A DNA stretch of 24,924 bases from the NCBI GenBank assembly GCA_038061315.1, contig JBBTZO010000044.1, positions 1 to 24,924 on the forward strand. The letters run 5' to 3'. The notes beneath the pieces are model-generated. The model was not told the origin of the DNA. It ran no database searches and worked only from the letters and a program-made list of their open reading frames with translations. The position numbers were made by a program, and so were the translations under genes. Positions 7,650-14,183 of this stretch are shown piece after piece. Every line of letters starts with the position of its first letter. Position 1 is the stretch's first letter. Source of the stretch: Patescibacteria group bacterium (GTDB lineage: Bacteria > Patescibacteriota > CPR2 > UBA1875 > JAJYID01).

Positions 7650-7886
7650 ATGCCGAATAAAGATGACTCATTAAATACTGCAGACCGCTTAGACTGCGAA
7701 ACCATAACAGATGCTGAGATTGAAGACTGGATAGTTGCAACAAGAAAAGTGCTAATTGTCTTGGACGACGAAGATAAAAGCGCTTATAATAGGGTATATC
7801 AAGACTTCCTTTTTGACTTACAGCGCCTGCTAGATGCTGGACGAATAACAGATATAGACTACGAAGAAACACTGGAGAGCTTATGA
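7650..7886 (+). CDS. 78-aa strongly acidic hypothetical protein
   Basis: Own promoter; ATGA overlap with glyQS; Asp/Glu-rich. Confidence 0.75.
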   Translation: MPNKDDSLNTADRLDCETITDAEIEDWIVATRKVLIVLDDEDKSAYNRVYQDFLFDLQRLLDAGRITDIDYEETLESL

Positions 7887-9268
7887 CAGACAAAAAAACA
7901 GATTCGATGGAAAAAATAGTTTCGCTTTGTAAGAGGCGAGGTTTTGTTTACCCATCTTCTGAAATATATGGTGGTTTCCAGGCAGTTTACGACTATGGAC
8001 CATACGGAGTAGAACTTGAGAAAGCAGTCAAAAGGGAGTGGTGGAAGGAAATGGTTCAGACAAGAGAAGACATTGTCGGTCTTGATTCGGCAATCTTTAT
8101 GCATCCCAAAATATGGGAGGCCTCGGGACATGTTGCTGGCTTTTCAGACCCGCTGACAGAGTGTAAGAGTTGTCATGCGAGACTCAGAATTGACCATTTG
8201 CTTGAAGAAATTGGAGTTCAGGCAGATGAGAAAATGACCGAAGAAGAGATTAATAAAGTTTTTGATAAAAATGTTGATAAAATTGTTTGTCCAATATGCG
8301 GGAAGAAAAGTTTCACAAAAGGGAAAAAGTTTAATCTACTTGTTAAGTCTAATCTAGGAAATATTACAGAAGATCCAAAGGAACAGCCTGTATACTTACG
8401 AGGTGAAACCTGCCAAGGAATTTATGTAAATTTTAAAAATGTTGTTGATAGTATTCGCGTAAAAATACCTTTCGGGATAGCTCAGATAGGCAAGGCATTT
8501 CGAAATGAAATTACCGCCAGACAGTTTATTTTCCGAACTCGTGAATTCGAACAAATGGAAATGCAGTATTTCACCTCCCCCGAAGACGAAATGAAAGAAT
8601 ACGAAAAGCTAAGAAAAAAACGCTTCGAATATTACAAGAAGTTAGGATTAAATGAAGAAAACTTAAAATGGCACAAACACGAAAAACTTGTATTTTATGC
8701 CAAAGCTGCATACGACATAGAATATAAATTTCCATTTGGTTTCAACGAACTTGAGGGTGTGCACGCTAGGGGAAACTATGACCTCACTCAACATTCTAAA
8801 TTTTCCGGGAAGGATCTTTCATATACTGACCCCAAAACAGGCAAGAAGTTTATACCGCATATCATCGAGTCTTCGGTTGGGGTCGGACGAACAGTACTGG
8901 CGGTACTAGTTGAGGCTTATACCGAAGAAAAGACTGGAGACGAAACACGGGTGGTTATGAAATTTCCAAAAAATCTCGCTCCGGTAAAAATTGCAGTATT
9001 CCCTCTTCTTAAAAATAAGCCTGAGCTAGTCAAAAAGGCACACGGAATCTTTGATACATTGAAAGAAAAATATGTATGTGAATTTGATGATAACGGTAAT
9101 ATTGGAAAGCGCTACAGAAGGCAGGATGAGATAGGAACACCTTACTGTTTAACGGTAGACTTTGATACCATGAATGATAAGACAGTAACAGTAAGAGACC
9201 GTGATACCATGAAGCAAGAAAGAGTAAAGATTGCCGACCTGAAAACATTTTTTGAAAAATCTTTCTAA
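7883..9268 (+). CDS. glyQS: glycine--tRNA ligase, alpha2 (homodimeric) type
   Basis: LCKRRGF..SSEIYGG, YLRGETCQG, FRNEITARQFIFRTREFEQMEMQ, IGKRYRRQDEIGTP. Confidence 0.97.
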   Translation: MTDKKTDSMEKIVSLCKRRGFVYPSSEIYGGFQAVYDYGPYGVELEKAVKREWWKEMVQTREDIVGLDSAIFMHPKIWEASGHVAGFSDPLTECKSCHARLRIDHLLEEIGVQADEKMTEEEINKVFDKNVDKIVCPICGKKSFTKGKKFNLLVKSNLGNITEDPKEQPVYLRGETCQGIYVNFKNVVDSIRVKIPFGIAQIGKAFRNEITARQFIFRTREFEQMEMQYFTSPEDEMKEYEKLRKKRFEYYKKLGLNEENLKWHKHEKLVFYAKAAYDIEYKFPFGFNELEGVHARGNYDLTQHSKFSGKDLSYTDPKTGKKFIPHIIESSVGVGRTVLAVLVEAYTEEKTGDETRVVMKFPKNLAPVKIAVFPLLKNKPELVKKAHGIFDTLKEKYVCEFDDNGNIGKRYRRQDEIGTPYCLTVDFDTMNDKTVTVRDRDTMKQERVKIADLKTFFEKSF

Positions 9269-9275
9269 AAAAATC

Positions 9276-9304
9276 TTGACATAAAGACTGACGTTGATTA
9301 TAAT
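9276..9304 (+). promoter_or_regulatory. consensus sigma70 promoter of greA
   Basis: TTGACA, 17 nt, TATAAT. Confidence 0.85.
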
Positions 9305-9405
9305 CTTTTAACATGCTACTCAAGAGGGTGGCGTTTGTTAATATGATGCTTAATCCCCAAAAGGGCTTATTTTTTTCACTCTAAAAATCTATAAAGGAGA
9401 CAGAA

Positions 9406-9873
9406 ATGGACAAAGATATTTACATATCAAAAGACGGTTTAAAAAAACTGCAAGAAGAAATGGTAGAAATAAAGACTACTAAAAAAAGGGAAGTGGCAAC
9501 AAGAATCAAAACCGCAAAAGAGTTTGGTGATTTATCAGAAAACAGTGAGTATGATGATGCAAAAAATGAACAGGCCTTCTTAGAAGGAAGAATATCTGAA
9601 ATAGAACATATTTTAAAGAATGCGAAAATAATAGAAGAGATTGCTTGTAGTACCACCGATAAAGTCTGTGTCGGACATACAGTAGTAGTAGACCTAGCAG
9701 GTGGCGAAGCAAAGTTTAAAATAGTTGGCTCCTACGAAGCAGATCCAGAGATGGGCTTTATATCAAACGAGTCCCCCATAGGTCAGGCACTTTTGGGCAA
9801 GAAAAAAGGCGAAGAAATAAGTGTAAAAGTCCCTGCCGGCGAGATGAGATATAAGATTAAAAAGATTTTCTAA
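9406..9873 (+). CDS. greA: transcription elongation factor GreA
   Basis: GDLSENSEYDDAK, IVGSYEADP..GFISNESPIGQALLG; AAGGAG SD. Confidence 0.97.
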   Translation: MDKDIYISKDGLKKLQEEMVEIKTTKKREVATRIKTAKEFGDLSENSEYDDAKNEQAFLEGRISEIEHILKNAKIIEEIACSTTDKVCVGHTVVVDLAGGEAKFKIVGSYEADPEMGFISNESPIGQALLGKKKGEEISVKVPAGEMRYKIKKIF

Positions 9874-9891
9874 ATTAAGAATTACTCATAT

Positions 9892-9924
9892 AAAAATCTC
9901 TCTGGTCTACTTGAGAGATTTTTT
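9892..9924 (+). terminator. intrinsic terminator after greA
   Basis: AAAAATCTCTC/GAGAGATTTTT 11-bp stem running into a T-tract. Confidence 0.75.
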
Positions 9925-9936
9925 GTTTCCCACTCT

Positions 9937-9995
9937 TGTCATTCTGAATAAAATGAAGAATCTCAAGATCCTTCGGCTCTGCCTCGAGGATGACA
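9937..9995. repeat. GTCATTC-type miniature palindromic element
   Basis: TGTCATTCTG...GAAGAATCT...AGATCCTTC...AGGATGACA terminal and internal inverted repeats. Confidence 0.8.
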
Positions 9996-10057
9996 AACCT
10001 ATAAACAGATATTTATTTAATACTGATTTTGCGCTATAATTTACTAAAGGAGAAAAC

Positions 10058-11515
10058 ATGGCAGAAGATATTTTTATAAATCAAAGAAAAGAAAATTTGA
10101 AAAAATTGGTTGAGGCTGGTATAGATCCTTATCCGGCAAAGGGCGAAAGAACTCATTTTTGTATACAAGTTAAAGATGACTTTAAGAGTCTTGCCGGTAA
10201 AAAAGTTACCGTAGTTGGTCGTGTAATGACAAAGCGTGGTCATGGCAAGATTTTATTTGCTAACTTGCAAGACGTGTCTGGACAGACTCAAGGATTCTTC
10301 AGATATGACAATCTAAACAAAAACTACGATTTACTTAAACATATAGATATGGGCGACTTCATTCAAATAACCGGTAAGGTTTTTAAAACAAAGGCCGGCG
10401 AAGAATCAATAGAAGTTATGGAATGGAAACTGCTATCTAAGGCGATGAAGCCACTACCTGAAAAGTGGCACGGACTTAAAGATGTAGAAACAAGGTACAG
10501 AAAAAGGTATTTAGACTTTCTCACAAATGAAAACTCTAGAAAGAAAATAATAACCAAATCTAAAATTATTGATTTTATCCGTGATTTTCTAAAGAAAGAA
10601 GGGTTTCAGGAAGTTTTTACTCCATATCTGGAACTGACTCCTTCCGGCGCTACGGCAAAACCATTTAAAACCCACTTAAATGCCTACAATATGGATATGT
10701 ATATGCGTATCTGTATCGGTGAACTTTGGCAAAAAATGATGATAGTTGGTGGATTTGAGAAGACCTTTGAAATAGGTCAGGCCTTTAGAAATGAGGGGGT
10801 AGATAAATCTCACAACCCAGAGTTTACAATGTGTGAGTTTTATTGGTCCTACGCTGACTATAATGATCTAATGAAGTTTTTAGAGAAAATGATTCCATCT
10901 TTGGTTAAAGAAATTAGCGGGAGTTATGAAATAACATACCAAGATAAAAAACTAAACTTTAAACCACCCTTCGCAGTCATAACTTTTAGAGAAGTGATGA
11001 AAAAATACGCCAAGATTGATATTGATAAATACCCAACAAGAGATGGGTTTGCAAAAGAACTAACAAAAAGAAACTTTAAAGTAGACCCGAAGGCCGGTAG
11101 AGGTAAGTTGATTGATGACTACTACAAAGAGGTCGCAAGACCTAAGCTTGTTCAACCCACATTTCTTATTGACCATCCCATAGATGTTTCCCCTTTAGCA
11201 AAGAGAAAAGTTGACGAGAATGATAAAGTTCAGCAAGTACAACTACTTGTATGGGGTGAGGAGCTTTGTAAGGGCTACTCGGAGCTCAATAATCCTGGAG
11301 ACCAAAGGGAAAGATTTATTGAACAAAAGAAACTCTTAAGTAAGGGTGATGAAGAGGCAATGCGAACAGATGAACACTTCGTTAAAGCGATGGAGTATGG
11401 CATGCCGCCAATCGCCGGAAACGGAATTGGCATAGAGAGATTAGCAACTATACTTACTGACTCCGCAGTAATGCGCGAAATTATAACTTTTCCTATAATG
11501 AAGCCAGAGAAATAA
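10058..11515 (+). CDS. lysS: lysine--tRNA ligase, class II
   Basis: OB-fold anticodon domain, LPEKWHGLKDVETRYRKRYLD, FRNEG..HNPEFT..E.Y, SELN, YGMPP. Confidence 0.96.
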   Translation: MAEDIFINQRKENLKKLVEAGIDPYPAKGERTHFCIQVKDDFKSLAGKKVTVVGRVMTKRGHGKILFANLQDVSGQTQGFFRYDNLNKNYDLLKHIDMGDFIQITGKVFKTKAGEESIEVMEWKLLSKAMKPLPEKWHGLKDVETRYRKRYLDFLTNENSRKKIITKSKIIDFIRDFLKKEGFQEVFTPYLELTPSGATAKPFKTHLNAYNMDMYMRICIGELWQKMMIVGGFEKTFEIGQAFRNEGVDKSHNPEFTMCEFYWSYADYNDLMKFLEKMIPSLVKEISGSYEITYQDKKLNFKPPFAVITFREVMKKYAKIDIDKYPTRDGFAKELTKRNFKVDPKAGRGKLIDDYYKEVARPKLVQPTFLIDHPIDVSPLAKRKVDENDKVQQVQLLVWGEELCKGYSELNNPGDQRERFIEQKKLLSKGDEEAMRTDEHFVKAMEYGMPPIAGNGIGIERLATILTDSAVMREIITFPIMKPEK

Positions 11516-11518
11516 AAG

Positions 11519-11944
11519 ATGAAAGCTGGTGCAGATTATATTGGTGTGGGCGCAGGAGCACTTATTTTTAATGATAAAAATGAGGTTCTCTTAATAAAGC
11601 GATCAGAAAATGCTCGAGTTGAAGCTGGTATGTGGTCACGGCCTGGAGGGGAGATAGAGTTCGGAGAGAAAGCAACTGAAGCAGTAAAGAGAGAAATTAA
11701 AGAAGAAGTAAATATTGATATTGAAGTTTTGGAAACTTTGGACTTTCAGGAAACTATTTCCAAAGATCCAAAGAAACACTGGATAGCCCTTGGATTTCTA
11801 TGTAAGCAAGTCGGGGGAGAACTAAAAAATAATGAGCCAGATAAACATACTGATTTACAATGGTTCGCTTTAGATAAACTACCAGAAAACATTTCCCCAT
11901 ATACAAAAAGTTCTGTTGAGGTATTTTTAAAGAAAAAGAAGTAA
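11519..11944 (+). CDS. NUDIX hydrolase
   Basis: Nudix box GGEIEFGEKATEAVKREIKEEVN. Confidence 0.92.
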   Translation: MKAGADYIGVGAGALIFNDKNEVLLIKRSENARVEAGMWSRPGGEIEFGEKATEAVKREIKEEVNIDIEVLETLDFQETISKDPKKHWIALGFLCKQVGGELKNNEPDKHTDLQWFALDKLPENISPYTKSSVEVFLKKKK

Positions 11945-12040
11945 TTTTCAACGGGAATCAATCATAAAATGTCAACAATGAAGTGCTTTAGTTTGTTATT
12001 TTAACCAATGAATCTTTATTGAATTAAGTATAGTATTAAG

Positions 12041-12174
12041 GTCGACTCCAGCAAGAAGAGGGTATACCGCCCAACGCTCCTGGTGAGCGAGTCTGGGGTT
12101 CAAGGGAGCCTACAATAAGGCTTCCTAGGAATCATCCCCGAGGCAAGAAAACGGCACAACTGCGCCGTTTTCAT
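12041..12174 (+). ncRNA. candidate small structured RNA between the NUDIX gene and serS
   Basis: GC-richer island with helices 12044-48/12089-93, 12076-79/12085-88, 12104-11/12118-25 and a terminal 9-bp hairpin 12147-55/12164-72; strand not firmly established. Confidence 0.35.
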
Positions 12175-12196
12175 TGTATTTACTTATTAGCTTATT

Positions 12197-12226
12197 GAGG
12201 TCCGACCTCAGGTGAGGTCGGACCTC
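12197..12226. repeat. REP-doublet-like palindrome
   Basis: GAGGTCCGACCTC-AGGT-GAGGTCGGACCTC: two self-palindromic units in inverted orientation. Confidence 0.8.
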
Positions 12227-12249
12227 GTAGACCCCTAGACAGATTTCCA

Positions 12250-12278
12250 TTGGATTTTCTGCTTAAATGTACTATAAT
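12250..12278 (+). promoter_or_regulatory. serS promoter (leaderless geometry)
   Basis: TTGGAT, 17 nt, TATAAT; ATG 7 nt later; no SD. Confidence 0.65.
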
Positions 12279-12285
12279 TTGATCT

Positions 12286-13608
12286 ATGTTAGACATAAAA
12301 TACATCCGCGAAAATAAAGAAAAGCTCCTAGAAACAGCCGAAAATAAAGGGATTAACCTTGATATTAATCAACTTTTAGAAGTTGATAAAAAAAGAGTGG
12401 AAGCTCTCAAGCTCGTAGAGCAGTTTCAAGCTGAAAAAAATAAGTTAAACGAAAAGATTCAAAGGGCGTCTAAGAAGGAACGTGACGAAATTCTTAAATC
12501 TGGGAAAGATATAAAAGAAAAGCTTATTAAGGTCGAACAAGATTACAAGGAGCTAAAGCAACAATTTGACACTCTCATGGTACTGGTCCCAATCATTCCT
12601 TCTGATGACACTCCGATTGGTAAAAATGATAAGGACAATAAAGAGATTGCTAAGTGGGGAGACATTCCTAAATTTGATTTCAAACCAAAAACACACATTG
12701 AGATTGGTAATGACTTGGATATCTTAGATGTAGAAAGAGGAGCCAAAGTTGCCGGATATCGCGGTTATTATGTAAAAAACGAAGGCGTTTCGCTAATGCT
12801 GGGCTTTATGATGTATGCCATTGATAAAATGATCCAGAAGGGCTATGCACCAATGATTGTACCAACGCTAGTAAAAGAGTTTGCTCTTTTTGGAAGCGGT
12901 TATTTCAAGGGTCTTAACTATAACCCAGAAATAGACGAAATATACGAAGTAGCAACTCCAGATAAAAAATCTGATGGGATTAAAAGCAAAGAAAAGAAAT
13001 TCCTAGTTGGTACAGCAGAACCATCACTTCTTGCATATTATTCCGGAGAAACACTAAACGAAAACCAGCTACCAATGAAACTATGTGGATATAGCCAATG
13101 CTATCGTAGTGAAATCGGTAGTTACGGAAAAGATACGAAGGGGATTTATAGAGTACATGAGTTCATGAAGGTAGAACAAGTTGTGATTGCTCCTGCCGAT
13201 GTTAAGATTTCTGAAAAACTTCAAGAAGAAATGATTAATATTTCCAAAGAAATGCACGAAGAACTTGGACTTCCGTGTAGACAGCTAATTATTTGTACTG
13301 GGGATTTGAGTGCGGGAAAGTATAGACAGTATGACTTAGAGGCTTGGCTACCAGGACTTGATCGCTGGGGTGAGACCGGTTCAGCTAGCATCTTCTTTGA
13401 TTGGCAAGCAAGACGCTTAAACGTGAAATATATTGATAAAGATGGGGAAAAGAAGCATGTATATATGCTTAACAATACAGCTCTGCCATCACCAAGGATC
13501 TTCATTGCAATCCTAGAAAACTATCAGCAAAAGGATGGTAGCGTGAAAATACCAGAAGTTTTACAGAAGTATATGGGTGGGTTGGAAGTTATAAAACATA
13601 ATAAATAA
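12286..13608 (+). CDS. serS: serine--tRNA ligase
   Basis: MLDIKYIREN coiled-coil N-terminus, GTAEPS, CYRSEIGSYGKDTKGIYRVHEFMKVE, LNNT...ILENYQ. Confidence 0.97.
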   Translation: MLDIKYIRENKEKLLETAENKGINLDINQLLEVDKKRVEALKLVEQFQAEKNKLNEKIQRASKKERDEILKSGKDIKEKLIKVEQDYKELKQQFDTLMVLVPIIPSDDTPIGKNDKDNKEIAKWGDIPKFDFKPKTHIEIGNDLDILDVERGAKVAGYRGYYVKNEGVSLMLGFMMYAIDKMIQKGYAPMIVPTLVKEFALFGSGYFKGLNYNPEIDEIYEVATPDKKSDGIKSKEKKFLVGTAEPSLLAYYSGETLNENQLPMKLCGYSQCYRSEIGSYGKDTKGIYRVHEFMKVEQVVIAPADVKISEKLQEEMINISKEMHEELGLPCRQLIICTGDLSAGKYRQYDLEAWLPGLDRWGETGSASIFFDWQARRLNVKYIDKDGEKKHVYMLNNTALPSPRIFIAILENYQQKDGSVKIPEVLQKYMGGLEVIKHNK

Positions 13609-13619
13609 TACATAACCAT

Positions 13620-13688
13620 TGTCATTCTAAACTTGATTCAGAATCCAGACATTATTGAGATAGATTCCGGATCAAGTCCGGCGTGATA
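13620..13688. repeat. GTCATTC-type miniature palindromic element with a degenerate right end
   Basis: TGTCATTCTAAACTTGATTCAGAATCC ... AGATTCCGGATCAAGTCCGGCGTGATA. Confidence 0.8.
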
Positions 13689-13702
13689 GAAAGGGAAAAA
13701 AT

Positions 13703-14053
13703 ATGCAAGTTGATATCAGGGGAGTTGAGACTGTTTTAACAAAAGAGGTTAAGGATTACGCTAGGGAAAAGGTAGAGAAGTTTTCAAAATACGGTATAGA
13801 CATTATCGGCGTAGATCTTGCACTAGAGGAGGATCACAACAGAACAGAGGATAGAGCGGGTGTGGCAAAGGTTTTAGTTAAAATCCCCGGTAAAGATATT
13901 GCGGTAAAAGGCGAAGGGAAAAATGTTTTCGCGGCTATAGACGAGATGGAGAGAAAAGCCTCAAGAGAGCTAAGGGAAACAAAAAAAAGATTGAGCCCAA
14001 AAAGATTTTCAAAAAGCAAAGACGCAGCAAGGCGACTTTTTCGCAGAAGCTAG
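13703..14053 (+). CDS. hpf: ribosome hibernation promoting factor (short HPF/RaiA family)
   Basis: MQVDIRG..LTKEVKDYAREKVEK...VFAAIDEMERK; hpf-secA synteny. Confidence 0.85.
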   Translation: MQVDIRGVETVLTKEVKDYAREKVEKFSKYGIDIIGVDLALEEDHNRTEDRAGVAKVLVKIPGKDIAVKGEGKNVFAAIDEMERKASRELRETKKRLSPKRFSKSKDAARRLFRRS

Positions 14054-14060
14054 ACTACCA

Positions 14061-14164
14061 ATTACAAATTCCAGACGAATCTACTAATAATACAAATAGA
14101 TACCAATAGATTCGGTTTAAATTCGTAAATATTTGTAGCATTTGCAGATTCGTGTAAGATTAGT
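14061..14164. repeat. low-complexity palindromic element built from ACNAAT/ATTNGT units
   Basis: Left half TACAAAT, ACGAATCT, ACTAAT, TACAAAT, ACCAAT; right half ATTCGT, ATTTGTA, AGATTCGT, ATTAGT. Confidence 0.6.
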
Positions 14165-14183
14165 AATCCGTAGAAAGTAACAC

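Noticed and set aside
12059-12070. Functional T-box riboswitch for serS
   Set aside because: Lacks the UGGN bulge and a recognisable stem I; serS has its own promoter downstream.
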